Assembly (NCBI GenBank): GCA_002269645.1
Contig: NIVC01000051.1
Span: forward strand, 813,440-877,439
DNA length: 64,000 nucleotides
Source: Macrostomum lignano
Lineage: Eukaryota
Reading direction: 5' to 3'
The notes under the pieces are model-generated. The model saw only the letters and a list, made by a program, of their open reading frames with translations. It was not told where the DNA came from and ran no database searches. Positions 22,769-35,539 of this stretch are shown piece after piece; within the stretch, counting starts at the first letter, position 1; the number at the start of each line of letters is the position of its first letter. The position numbers and the translations under genes are program-made.

Positions 22769-23586
22769 GCTTCTATACTGAAGTTACCAAGTTTAACACA
22801 CCAATTTGACAGACTGTCAACCTAGTAGTAGTCAGGTTTTACAACTCGCTTTAAATAAAAAAGTTGAAGAACAGTTTTATAACCAAATCATGGATTTTAT
22901 ACAGTGAGCAACTTTTCAACCAATCAGAAAGGCTGAACATTATTCTAAGTATATGGAATGCAGGCTGGTATGCGATCGATTTTTTGCTCCCTTGTCTACC
23001 GTGCGTGTTTATATTATTGACGTACATCAACACCAAATGTACATCACTTAATTAGTCTTGCATATCTATTGAAAATTTTGGCATTTTTATCGCGACGACT
23101 CAATAAAACAAGTTGAGAAGGAGTCCTTTTGGCTCAAGAGTGGGCATCGAGCCTGTCCTATAAGAACGAAGTGAGAGTGCAGTCACCTATACGAGGCTAG
23201 GAAGGGTAGCGTGCTCCACACGCCTAGACTTAATAATCTCGAGACTCAGTTTACAGTAAAAGTGAAATAATGTGAAACTGCCAACATGGACGAGCTAGTA
23301 TAGCGAAATCAATCTTCGCTGGCTTTGAACTCGAACTTACGAGACACTGGAGGCATTGAAAACGTTGAAACGTTAAAAAGTCGCCACTCTATATGCGTCA
23401 ATTAGCAATTTCTTTTGGACCATTTTAAAATAAAAGATATGCGAGAAAACTAATCGGGGTAGCTTTAACCCGTCCAACCCTCGCACACCGCTCCCTTAAC
23501 TTCATTGCTCAACTCAAGTCTGAGTTGCATCACTCGCAAGATAAAAGACTTTACCTGCACTCCCAAAATCTTCAAATCGTCTTAAG

Positions 23587-24048
23587 TAGGGATTGCAATC
23601 CCGGGATCCCAGGGTCCCGAATCCCGGCACTAATTTTTGTTATTAATTTTACAAAAAGTGCTGTCATATATACGCAATTAGGCCCACAACTAGTTTATTA
23701 TACTGCGCTAATTTCCGTTAATTGCCTCACGTCGTATGACACCTTTTTAAACCCCGCATCACAGATTTAAATTTGAAATTTATTCCAGTGTAAATTTTGA
23801 TATCTGATTTGCTTCTTTACTACTAAATAGTACTTTTATACTACGTACTTCCATGCGTCACAAGATAATGCTGTTTTTTATCTACAAATAGATCAGTTTC
23901 TCTATAACAAAAAATGGAAGCAGAAAAACGCACATTTTGCCTTAAAATTTCAACCCAGAAGCTTGAAAATCTGTATTTTTCTGATCCCGGAATCGAATCC
24001 CGGGATTGGCTGAATTCCAGGATTAAATCCCGGGATTCCGGGATCGCA
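23587..24048. mobile_element. hAT-like MITE remnant with ATCCCGG subterminal repeats
   Basis: Left end TAGGGATTGCAATCCCGGGATCCC; right cluster ATCCCGGGATT..CCGGGATCGCAA resembles an eroded inverted end; no TSD found. Confidence 0.55.
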
Positions 24049-24199
24049 AAAAAACAGGATTTTGTCTAAAGCACTTGGAGAGCTTGAATTTTGCTTCATA
24101 GCGCGCACCTTGGGCTCAAATGTTAAGAGTTAGAAGCATCATCAGGCGCAACACTCTCGGTGGCTTGCAATTTTGCGTGCAAGCAAGCCCCGAATGAAT

Positions 24200-24272
24200 G
24201 GGCCGCGCACGGAGTCGAACCAAGGGGTCTTGGCGCGACAGTCAGAACGCGTTTACCCCTGAGCTTTGCTAG
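24200..24272 (-). mobile_element. tRNA-derived SINE head or tRNA pseudogene
   Basis: Minus strand has A-box-like AAGCTCAGGGG and B-box GGTTCGACTCC (24211-24221) at tRNA spacing; the acceptor stem does not pair, so it is not an intact tRNA. Confidence 0.45.
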
Positions 24273-25324
24273 ATATAAACATGCAGATTTCATCTACCAG
24301 TATTCCTCATCCTGACGTGTCAAAAGTTAAGGAAACCAGGACTTTTACAAACAACAAAGGTCCCGATTTAATCTGCTGCGATCCAATACGAATAGCAGCA
24401 CAATTAGGATAAGGGCAGAACAATTGCATTCAATGGACAACTTTTTAAAGAAGAAAGTTGGCTTGAAAAATAATTAGCGAGTCTTGTTGCACTCAATTAT
24501 CCAGATACATAGCAGGGACCCCTAAGAGTAGCATCCGGTGCTAGCTCCAGAAGTCCCTGATACATAGCATGCATGACGCCATCTGGCACGGCAGCCTTCC
24601 ATGTTTTTAAGCTTCCCGAGCTGCCTAGTGAGAAGGGGGGCTGGGTAGTTGCACTTCGTCCGGGCTTCCTTGGCTCGATGACGAATGGGTCTCGTCGGTC
24701 CTACGTTGTGGGACACGAGCGACAGGTGCCCGCCTTTTCTTATTGGTCTTGGCCGGGCGTGGCTCCTCACCTGTTCGGTCGTGCCGTTTCAGGTCGATAT
24801 TGCCTCGTGGCTCATCCCCCTGCTGGCCTGCTGCGTGCTGGCGGCAAATGTTGATTATGATGATGCACTTTGCCCTTGCCGCCACGTCAATTGCTTGTCA
24901 TCTGTTCGAGCCAGAGGTGGTCCTTCAGAGTGCCGAACGTCTGTGCGCACCAATGTGATCACCCCTCCCCTGCCGGTTGATGTTTTTGTCTTATTAGTAT
25001 CTTTGGAGCAGGCGTCGTTTACACGCAGTCATCATCCGGGTCCTCCAGGCTGACTCTTCGGGTTGCGGTTCAGCGCCTCTGGTTCTGGCCTGGCTTTTTC
25101 GTGTTCTGTGCATGCAGTGCGCCGCCTTCTGCAGCCTTCGCACCATTGCTGGCACTCCTCAGGGTGTCCTTTTCTGCAGGTGGGTTCTGATGATAGGTCG
25201 GTCGGGGGTGGGTCTAGGCCCGCTCGGTTATGGTGGTGTCGGTTGGTCGCACCGGGTACGCTATCCCGTCCGTCCGCGCGGCCACTCCATTATCGCTCGG
25301 AGGCAGGTATTCTTCGTTGTGCCC

Positions 25325-25415
25325 GAGCTTAGTTTATTGTAGACAGACGACAGTAGGTCGGTGTCCGTGGTGCGTGCCTTCAACCCGTTAGCGTTCAGCT
25401 GGAGGACGCGGAGCT
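25325..25415 (-). pseudogene. Non-LTR retrotransposon (LINE) AP-endonuclease N-terminal fragment; the remnant may span ~24470-25860
   Basis: LRVLQLNANGLK followed, after a frameshift, by VCLQ*TKL (the QETK motif with a stop). Confidence 0.65.
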
Positions 25416-27278
25416 CTCGGCCCGAGTCTGCCTTCTCCCGATTGCGTCGTTTGCCACGGTTGCCGTTGAGAGACCGTTCGTCATTCCCGGATTCGAGCAG
25501 TTACATGTAAGGTTCTGCCCTTCCGGGTCCAGGGGAACGACATGGACATCGTCTCCAAGCCACCGCAGGAATTGCTGCTGCTGACGCTACAGGCACCCTA
25601 GCTACCGGCAGACAGGCGCGCACTCGGCGTTTCGTCGACTGCCTGCTTGCTAACTCTGACACCACGCATTCGGTCGGCGTCGTGGCCTTCGTTCGGGCCT
25701 GGCCCAAGTGCGCAACCTGCGACGCTATCTTCTGTTGTTATTACCTGTGTGCAGTAGTGTCATTCGCAAATTTTCTCTATAGGACAAGCCCCAGGCAGTG
25801 CGTGAGAACACAGCTAGTCAAGCCGACTAACACTGGCGTAGCCAAAAGTTTTTTAATTAGAGGATGACGAGAGTTGGCAGCGTCCCTGCTTCTTTAAAGG
25901 AAATAAAAAATAGTTGTTAGAGATCAGCCCTATGGGGGATGTTTTTCCCAATCTCCATTTGCAGGCCAGCGCGAGAGTCGGACACGTGTTGGGGCTACTC
26001 TTCCCTTCTCCCCGGCAATATAAGCGTTAAAAGCAGAAAAAAGCATAGCAAAAATGCAACAACGATACGCAGCTGTTTTAGAAGCATTTATTAGCGGAGC
26101 CGCCAGCTCTACGCACAACAGGTGGGTAGAAGGGCCAGCTACCATACAATCACCCCATCAAGCCTCTCTCAGCTGAGCAGAAGCAATGAAATGTTAATGC
26201 AAAAGGTTTATTAAACCAGCATATACTAACAGACAGGTGGGTACATTATCAAATATCTGGTTTTAGGCACCAATCAAACCATCCTTGATATTAAAAAATT
26301 CATTTATTAAAACGCAGACTGCAGCCTACGAGAAATTCTACTGTAAAGCCCAATAAAGTTTTTACAACGCTGATGAGGCCGTAGGGTTTAGGCAGAGACA
26401 ACAGAAGTACTATTATTGGAACAGGGATAGTTGTTGTTCGATAGAATCGATAGAATGCGACTTTGTTTCTTTTGAATTTCAAGTTTGCGCATGCGCGTCA
26501 CTCGGGGAAAATTTTGGCCACAGACAGTCTGAATTGAAGTTCTTCTGCTTCAATAGAAAAGGACTTTGTTTGAATTGAATTTCCGCAAGCGCTGATATTT
26601 CTTAAAGTGTTTGAATTAAAGTTCTGCTTGTTTCTTTTGAATAAGACTTTGTTCAAAATAGTAGGTAAAATGGTGTAGACATGCAGAGAAACTAAAATCC
26701 GTTTAGTCTTTTGTCTATACACAACACAATGAGAGAGCCGTGCGTCAAATCTGTTTCTTGTGCTGAAAAATGAAAAGTTCCTATCAGGTATCTATGTATT
26801 TGTACATTATTTTCCACGAAAAACCAGCCCTCAAAATATTTCCTAAGAAAAAAGTTTCCCCTCATTCAATTTAAATCGTCATGGGGTAACAGCAATAGAT
26901 ACGCCTCCAATTTACATGTAAACGCCATCAAAGCGGTCACAAAATTTCTTCCAAAGGCATGACGCTTATCCAGGCTAAATATTTTGCAAAGAAAATTCTG
27001 AAAACTTTTATTAAAGCAACTGCGATCTCATTGTTACTTAAGAGTTACATGTACAGAAAAAAGTATGGCTTTAAGCCGTTCACCAGTGTACATCGCTTAA
27101 TTAAGCAGAGTTGAAGTCCCTAATCATATTTTCAAACATGCAATATTAGAGATTATTATCAGAAATTGAGTTTATCAAAAACTTTCTCGTCAAAGAAGCA
27201 TCCATGAACAGTAATCCTCGAGCATCAGCGAGCCAGCAAAGCCGCTTGAGAAGGCCCTTGAGTGGCAACAGAAACTGC

Positions 27279-28205
27279 TCAGCACAGTCTCTGCAGCAGA
27301 GCAACTTCAGAGTCCCTCAGAGCTCTCTCTGACACTCCGAAGCATCTCATGAAGCCCTCGAAGACGCGGTTGTGGCCGGCACTGCGGCTGATGGCTCCGA
27401 TCTGCACGCTGCTGCCGAAGTTCGCGCACGAAGTCAAAGCGGTGGCCGAGCCGCTGGTGGCCTGTCGAGTTCCGTTGACGAGGATTCTGATTTCCGGAGT
27501 CTGCTTGTCGTACACCGCGGCGATGTGGGTCCAACCGTTGGCCGTGTCGGTGGGTCCGGACACTCGGACATTCGATGCAACGGTGAGCTCGATGTCGGTA
27601 GTTGTAGGATGAAGCCAAAATCGAGTGTGGTATGAAGAAGGCATTGTGAGGCCCTCCAGCAGAGGCATCGCACCTCTCGCTGGGTTGGTGACCTTGACCC
27701 TCACTGACATGGTGAGACTGTCGAGACACACCGAAGTCAGCTGGTCAATGTTGAACCGCTCTGACACACCCGACTGACCAGTGAAGTTGACGGCGCTGTC
27801 CGTGTACTGCATCGGGATGTTCTCCTGCAGATCGAGATGGCCGCTGTTCGAGACCGCATTGCGAGTCCGAGTGGCGTTGCTCATGGGCCAGAAGGCGACG
27901 AGGCCGAGCTGGCGCAGGGCGCTCCACGACTGGCAGTCGGTGTCGTTCGTCAGACTGGCGGTCTGGAGGCTGTCCGACATGTTGCAGACGCCTGCGCGGT
28001 GGCTCCAGGCAATGCAGGGACGACGGAGCTGCTGAGAGCACAGGAAGGCGCACATGCGGGCGCTCGAGGTCGCCAGCGAGTGCTGCGGAGTCTGCGGCAC
28101 CACGCAGCCGCCGAGCGACACTCCGCTGTGCAGCTCGCTGTCGGCTTGGACAGCGACTTGCAGGACAAACAGAAGGAGCAGAAGAGGAAACCAGTTGCTG
28201 CTCAT
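27279..28205 (-). CDS. Intronless secreted protein: signal peptide + PAN/Apple-like + LamG/concanavalin-A-like domain (308 aa)
   Basis: ATG start; hydrophobic FPLLLLLFVLQVAVQA; CAFLC..CIAWSH..C cysteine pattern; LVAFWPM, LTMSVRVK, WTHIAAVYD, IRILVNG, FEGFMRCF. GC-rich coding-like composition. Confidence 0.85.
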   Translation of the reverse strand: MSSNWFPLLLLLFVLQVAVQADSELHSGVSLGGCVVPQTPQHSLATSSARMCAFLCSQQLRRPCIAWSHRAGVCNMSDSLQTASLTNDTDCQSWSALRQLGLVAFWPMSNATRTRNAVSNSGHLDLQENIPMQYTDSAVNFTGQSGVSERFNIDQLTSVCLDSLTMSVRVKVTNPARGAMPLLEGLTMPSSYHTRFWLHPTTTDIELTVASNVRVSGPTDTANGWTHIAAVYDKQTPEIRILVNGTRQATSGSATALTSCANFGSSVQIGAISRSAGHNRVFEGFMRCFGVSERALRDSEVALLQRLC

Positions 28206-30302
28206 TACGTGTCTGCTGCTTCCGATACCGGAACAAGCCTTAGCAGAATGGCTCAGTTCTTATTGAGTTTTCCAAGTCACCGAAGAATATTGGTGTACTC
28301 TGCTCCTGATCTCTGGTAATATACTCCTATCGCATTCCCCGCTGCATCCCACAGCCAATAGAGTTTCAGAGCGTGTCATTTGTTTATTGATTTCCCGCTG
28401 AGCTGGTTGCTCATAAACAGCCGTTTCTCAGCTTATTGCTTTGGGCGATTCGAAATTTGAACGGTAAATCATTGATGCAGGGATGTAGGTGGGAACTATT
28501 GTCTTTGTACGAAGTTGGCACACAAGAATGCAGTATTTTGTGCTAAAGCAGATGTGTTGAGATTTGTTATATTGTTTTTTTCGAACGTTTTCAAAATAAA
28601 AGATAGATGAGTTTTCTCGAGTGCTGTTTTGATAGCGATGTATTCTCCAGCAATTTGACTATCATTGTTCACATTTTTTATTTAGAACAATAATATACTA
28701 CAAAAAATGCATTGTTTGTAGGATCGACAAGCAGCATTTTAATGCAAAGAATCAGCGGTCGCAGCACGTGACAACGTGACAACAAGCGCTTGCCAGACAA
28801 TCGTTGTCACGCACTGGGACCGCTGATTATTTATCCATTGTTCGGAATATCTCTAATTTGGAAACTTATGGCAATAACATTCAGACGCTTTAATAACAAC
28901 ACTTTACGTTCATCCCCCACTTAAATATTCGGTTTTTGGTGTTTGCTTCAAAGTAAATTTCATTTACAATCGTGTGCCTGTAATCAAACAGAAAGAAAAA
29001 TGGCAGACAATCATTATATCGGAGAGATCGCCATTCTCGGCGACTTCACCCATTAAGTATTCGAATCTCTTCTAGTGTGACAGTCGAAAGATTTCAAGCA
29101 TTCTTTGCTTTAGCTTCGGGCAATGCCAAATTTCATTGAGTCTCTGCTCATATCATGGGATGATAAACCCTCTGAAAGCTAATTGATTTCAGCGAGAGGT
29201 TCAAAGCCAACTATCTAAGCAATCAAGTCACACTACTGATACTTTAGATAAGTCTCTAAGTAAGAAAAGTAGACATTTGCAGTCAAGCACTCACTAAGAT
29301 AGGTCATTGACACGAGTCAGCCAGTTATGTAAGATAAATGATGCATTTTTCCATCTATTTAGGTCTATAAGCTACGCTCGTACATGTAATGATGAGAAAC
29401 ACATGTTTCAAATTCACAACGCCCCTATGCTTCTTTTAAAGATACACGACACCTCAATTGGTCCTAAAGGTTCAGTACATTCTTACATTCACACCACACA
29501 TTGTGTCACCATATACTCCAAAATGCATCTAACAAAAATAAATTCATTTATTTAAAAAATTTTCCTACCTCTAGCAGAACTATCGTACACTTACACTCGA
29601 GATGTGTGTAACATATCTAACCAGTGTTAAATTTAACTTTGAAATTATTTTGCTTTAAAATATCACATTACAAATTAAACTTCTAACGGCCGCTTTTATC
29701 AACAATGATATCTGCTATTTACAAGCACTAAAACCTAAATGTACATCTAAATGTATTTGTGCTGTGAAGCTGAAGTACAGTTCAATACAGTCAGGGACAT
29801 TGAAAAGTCTCCACTCGATCTAGTGAGCCCTTTCTCTCCGATCGCAACATGGCATCCCGCGCAGGAAACGGTAGCCATTGTTCAATTGCCCACAATAGGG
29901 ACTGATGAGTCATAGATGCGACTTTTATGGTCAGAATGCCAAAATAAGAGTCAATTGTGACTCAGTACTCGTAGATCAGTGTGGATACTTTTCAATGTCC
30001 CTGAGTGTATGTGCAAAAAATAGCAAAAATAACCTTAACTTTGCAAAATTCGTTAAATCCAATTATATTGTTATAGACTTAATGATAACGATGGTTTAGA
30101 TTTCCGCCTAAACCATTTATTTTCGCATCAATTTAATGCGAAACACATAATGCATACACACGCAGACACGACCGTTGTGCAAGTACGCAGTAGTCGAATT
30201 AAGTGCGCGCAGTACTGTACGCAAATAAAAATGACACATATCCAAGTACAATGGCTGGGTAATTAAGCTGTCATTAGGCCTTTAGACAGATTGTCAAAGT
30301 TC

Positions 30303-30890
30303 TCAGTCTCCCAGCACCAGAACCTCGTATTCCTTGCTCTTATGCTCGGTTCCGCCGTACGGAAAGTAGGCGCAGCGGCGGCTCTTGTGCACCTTGCCCA
30401 CGCACACGGAGCCATCGACCTGCATAAAGATTAGTGAACAGCAATGTTGAGCGCAATAACTAATAATATACATGTACCACCTTGCAGTTCAAGGTGTCCG
30501 CAGGCTTAAGTGAACTGCAGTTTTTACCTCGCCACGAGCGATGTACAGCGGCTCAGCGTTCTTCTCTCGGCCAGCCACCAGCGCCTTCTTCGGTACGTCG
30601 CCGTCTTCCTCCTTCACCCACTTGAAGCCCCTGCCGTAGCAGCCAATGTCGGAGCGGACCAGCACCTCGTACTCGGTGATGGAATGCTCTGTGCCACCAT
30701 AGGGCACGAAGGCAGCAGTGCAGCCCTGAGACAGCTGGCCCGGCACCCAGAAGCCATCGAGCTTGGCTCGGACAACGTAGCAGCCAGGAGCAGCCTCGAC
30801 AGCGTTTGGCGGGATGTCACCGTCGGTGGCAGGCTGCCAGCTGACGCAGATCTCGATGCCCTTGAATCCGGCGTGCTTCACCTTGCTCAT
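30303..30890 (-). CDS. DM9-repeat (DUF3421/natterin-like lectin) protein, copy A, 159 aa
   Basis: Exons 30890-30528 and 30419-30303. Two DM9 units: WQPATDGDIPPNAV..YVVRA..PGQL..FVPYGGTEH..YEVL and WVKEEDGDVPKKALVAG..LYIARG..VGKV..YFPYGGTEH..YEVL. Confidence 0.92.
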
Positions 30891-31559
30891 TGTGCAGGGG
30901 TGTTGCCTGACTGTTTCGGGAATGCTTTGACTCTTGAGTGAGCTGTTGAGTAATTGTGTGTGAGCTTTTCGGAGTCAAACTGCTGCAGCTTAAATAGACA
31001 GCGCAGAGCTCATCTGCATGACTGGCACGTGACGGCATTGACTAAGAGTATGATAACGTGCAATTCGTTAAATTGCCTTTGACTTTTAACTTTTTCACTT
31101 TCATTTCACCTCGCTAGTTGCAGCACTTCGTGCTTCGACTGGCAGAGCACTTTGCTTGCAACGCGAGAGCTTTTAGAATTGAGGGCGCAGGGAACCTATT
31201 CTCACAAATACATTTACGTAAACACAAATTTGCAAATGTTGCTCGCAATAGATGCTTTGTTATTTACCTGGAAACAGCCGAGAATAAGACAAGAATTTTA
31301 TGAAATTTGAACAGCACTGAATATCTGCACACTGACAAGCGCCTTTAGCAGTGACCTAAGGGTCAGCGTTTTGGAATTCCATTGTCGATTGACTGACTAT
31401 ACAACTAGGAATTGGGGTGGTTGAGCGAAGGGGTGAGATTATTTTGTGTGAGATAATCAGGGATGAGTTTTCGGGGATGCGATTATCATGCATGAGATTA
31501 TACGAGAGGAAAACGGTGTCTGGAGTTGGCTCAAGCCAAACAGAAGGAAGCTGATCCTA

Positions 31560-32030
31560 GGCGTCCTGAACCTTCATAGCACCAGATGGGGGAGCAGCGA
31601 AGAACAGGGCAAAGAAAGGCAGCCGAACTTGGGGACTGATTAGACGAATTTGGCTGCAGGGTCCTGAACGACGGAGCCCCGACTCGAGTAGACTGGCTGA
31701 CAGGACGTCTCGTTAGCAGCCGGGGAGTTGGCGGAGCGGTGCAAATGGGTAAATAATTTAAAGGTCTGAGCGAAGCCATGATAAAGGCTGCGAAATTGAG
31801 TATCCCAAAGAAAAAAGTGGGCGAATTAACAAGCCGTTCTGGGGCGAGGAACTATAGATGCATTGCAGAATGAACGGGAAAATTTCCTAAGAGACACGGC
31901 GGAAGGAAGTCAAGAATGGCCGGTGGAAAACAGAAAGACCCGGCAGCAAAGGAATCGTACAGACCAGTTAGCTTGATATCGGTCTGCGCTAAGCTCATGA
32001 AAAGAATGGCGACCAAGGCTGTATTACTGG
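31560..32030 (+). pseudogene. Internally deleted LINE fragment (endonuclease and RT pieces) in the DM9 spacer
   Basis: GCRVLNDGAPTR (~31652-31687) and KDPAAKESYRPVSLISVCAKLM (~31934-32000) are only ~250 nt apart; in intact elements they are much further apart. Confidence 0.7.
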
Positions 32031-33035
32031 CTAGAGGAGAACAGCATTATCCGGCCTTGGCAAAGCTGGTTTCCGAAGAGGCAGAAGCACAGAAGAGCAA
32101 GTGATGGACGGGCCCGGTGCCAGGACGGGCCCGAAGACCTGGTCCACTGGCTCTCGTGCCCAGCCCTACGTCAAGCGAGGCTGGATATCTTCGATGACGA
32201 CGACGTTCCACTCGAGACTCTGACGGCCGCCCCCGCTGGCGCTGGCGAGGCGGTCCTTTTAGACCAACAACAACAAAAACAACAGCAGTAGCTTCTCGCA
32301 CCTGTTTCTGCACCTGGCTATCAGAATGAGTGAAATGATCAACTGTTTCAATAAGAGCTTTTGTCCTCAGTATTTTAGCGCGAACAATCTTATGGGGGAG
32401 GATTAGGAAGAAATCTCTGATAATCTCATCCCTGATGATATCATCCATGATAATCTCATCCCTCATTATCTCATTCCTGATAGTCTTATCCCCGATAATT
32501 GTATATTTATTTATTTCATGTTTTTTCCCAGTCCTGATAATGTCATACATAAAAATTTAAATCGCAGATAAACTTATTTCTGATAAGTTTATTCCAGATA
32601 ATCCTATTTATCTCAGATATCATCACTATTAATCTCATCCTTGAGGATTGGATCCCGCACTATGAGATTAATCTCATCTCTGAAAAAATCATCCGTAACA
32701 ATCTCAGTCCTAATTCACACAACTCACACAACTTCATTTCTAGTAGTTGTCTAATTTTAATCACAAAACTGCCTCATCCTCAAAAATCTCGCTGTGGCTG
32801 TTTTTGCAAATTTGTGTTTACGTACATGTATTTGTGAGAATACGCTCGTAGGTTCCCTGTGCCCTCAATTCTAAAAGCTCTCACGTTGCAAGCAAAGTGC
32901 TCTGCCAGTCGAAGCACGAGGTGCTGCAACTAGCGAGGCGAAATGAAAGTGAAAAAGTTAAAATGCAAAGGCGATTAGAATTGCACGTTGTCAGTGCCGT
33001 GACGTGCCAGTCATGCAGATGAGCTCTGCGCTGTC

Positions 33036-33043
33036 TATTTAAG
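33036..33043 (+). promoter_or_regulatory. TATA-like box of DM9 copy B (mirrored at 30989-30996 for copy A)
   Basis: TATTTAAG ~98 nt upstream of the ATG, conserved in both arms. Confidence 0.35.
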
Positions 33044-33133
33044 CTGCAGAAGTTTGACTCCGAAAAGCTCACACACAACTCAACAGCTCACTCAAGAGTC
33101 AAAGCATTCCCGAAACAGTCTGGCAACACCACA

Positions 33134-33721
33134 ATGAGCAAGGTGAAGCACGCCGGATTCAAGGGCATCGAGATCTGCGTCAGCTGGCAGCCTGCCACCG
33201 ACGGTGACATCCCGCCAAACGCTGTCGAGGCTGCTCCTGGCTGCTACGTTGTCCGAGCCAAGCTCGATGGCTTCTGGGTGCCGGGCCAGCTGTCTCAGGG
33301 CTGCACTGCTGCCTTCGTGCCCTATGGTGGCACAGAGCACTCCATCACCGAGTACGAGGTGCTGGTCCGCTCCGACATTGGCTGCTACGGCAGGGGCTTC
33401 AAGTGGGTGAAGGAGGAGGACGGCGACGTACCGAAGAAGGCGCTGGTGGCTGGCCGAGAGAAGAACGCGGAGCCGCTGTACATCGCTCGTGGCGAGGTAA
33501 AAACTGCAGTTCACTTAAGCCTGCGGACACCTTGAACTGCAAGGTGGTACATGTATATTATTAGTTATTGCGCTCAACATTGCTGTTCACTAATCTTTAT
33601 GCAGGTCGATGGCTCCGTGTGCGTGGGCAAGGTGCACAAGAGCCGCCGCTGCGCCTACTTTCCGTACGGCGGAACCGAGCATAAGAGCAAGGAATACGAG
33701 GTTCTGGTGCTGGGAGACTGA
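33134..33721 (+). CDS. DM9-repeat protein, copy B, 159 aa, same protein as copy A
   Basis: Exons 33134-33496 and 33605-33721; 108-nt GT-AG intron. Confidence 0.92.
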
Positions 33722-33944
33722 GAACTTTCACTAATAATGACTGTCGAGACGGCTGCCGTTATCATTAGGTCGTCTAAAGCAATATATACATGTACATCAT
33801 GTAATTGGATTTAACAAACTCTGCAAAGTTGAGACTATTTTTCCGTTCTTGCACATAACTTGAGTTGTTATTTCAGCTTACTGAAACTCAAGCGTTTTCA
33901 GATGTAATATTAGGATTTAATCATTAGAGGCTGTATTCCCGTGT

Positions 33945-34670
33945 CTAACAGGATCAGACTGCGGCTGGTTTCCCATATCTAACAGGATCACAGAGTGAGG
34001 CTGGTTTCCCATATCTAACAGGATCACAGAATGAGATTGGTTTCCCATATCTAACAGGATCAGAGTGAGGATGCTTTCCCATATCTAACAGGATCAAAGT
34101 GAGGCTGCTTTCTCATATCTAACGGGACCAAAGTGAGGCTGCTTTCCCATATCTAACAGGATCACAGAGTGAGATTGGTTTCCCATATCTAACAGGATCA
34201 GAGTGAGGATGCTTTCCCATATCTAACAGGATCAAAGTGAGGCTGCTTTCTCATATCTAACGGGACCAAAGTGAGGCTGCTTTCCCATATCTAACAGGAT
34301 CAGAGTGAGGATGCTTTCCCATATCTAACAGGATAAGAGTGAGACTGGTTTCCCATATCTAACAGGATCAGAGTGAGGCTGGTTTCCCATATCTAACAGG
34401 ATCAGAGTGAGGCTGGTTTCCCATATCTAACAGGATCAGAGTGAGGCTGTTTTCCCATATCTAACAGGATCAGAGTGAGGCTGTTTTCCCATATCTAACA
34501 GGATCAGAGTGAGGCTGGTTTCCCATATCTAACAGGATCAGAGTGAGGCTGTTTTCCCATATCTAACAGGATCAGAGTGAGGCTGGTTTCCCATATCTAA
34601 CAGGATCAGAGTGAGGCTGGTTTCCCATATCTAACAGGATCAGAGTGAGGCTGGTTTCCCATATCTAATT
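33945..34670. repeat. 34-bp minisatellite (GGCTGGTTTCCCATATCTAACAGGATCAGAGTGA)
   Basis: About 21 units, some of 36 bp. Confidence 0.95.
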
Positions 34671-35539
34671 TACTTTCTTTCATGGTTTCCCATACCCAGA
34701 CAGGTGTCTAACAGACTTTCGTATCGACTTTGCTTTCACTTCTGTGTACAAGTGAATTTATATTAGAAGTTTTTTTCAATAATTTATAACACTTTAACAA
34801 GAAGCTGAAATTAATGTGGCTAAAAGAAAGATATTTCCTGTAATCAAAAGCAACCTCTAATAAATGAATAAGTGCCCAGTGTACCGATAAATATTATTAA
34901 GACTGATTATTAGCAAGTTATTATGAAAGGCGCTGATTTAACATTGGACCGTATATATTGTTTACCTTCGTTAAAAAATAGATAGAGCTTAGATGGAAAA
35001 ATACATATAAATAAACATTATATAATATATCAAAATGCCAAAATAGTAAACTCCTAATTTGCTGATACAAGTAGTATAGAGAGGATGATAGGGAGACGGT
35101 GAGAGTGCATGGGAACAGGGAACTATTGAAACTCGAATGACTATTTGATATAATATTCCTAACAAGCTAAAATTGCCACTTAATTATTACTGATTACATA
35201 AACAGTAGGTAATAACAGTAGTATGTCTTGGACATGCGGCCAACACTAGTTAGAATGTTTCACTTTCTTTCAAAACTTTGGGCCAACACGATAAAAATTG
35301 GATTATAGCGAGTTGGATTGGAAAATAAATTAAATAGAAGTTTGGATATAGAAAATTCAGGCATGAAGACTCGCCCACTTTATTCTGAATCTCAATGGAA
35401 CTTTCTGTCTCGGTCAACCTCTGCCTAATAGTTTTTATTATATTTAATATTAGTTAAGCCTCTATAGATCTATGATTTCGTGTTGTATGGCAGTAATGAG
35501 GTCTACGACCACTGACTGCCGCAAACTGACTGCCGACTC

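Larger units (their letters stand above)
30005..33860. repeat. Large inverted repeat (arms ~30005-31238 and ~32796-33860) carrying the two DM9 genes
   Basis: Arms are reverse complements over CDS, intron, promoter and part of the 3' flank; spacer ~1.55 kb. Outer limits are approximate. Confidence 0.9.

Noticed and set aside
23125-23200. Second tRNA-like sequence on the minus strand
   Set aside because: The A/B boxes are too degenerate and no cloverleaf can be drawn.
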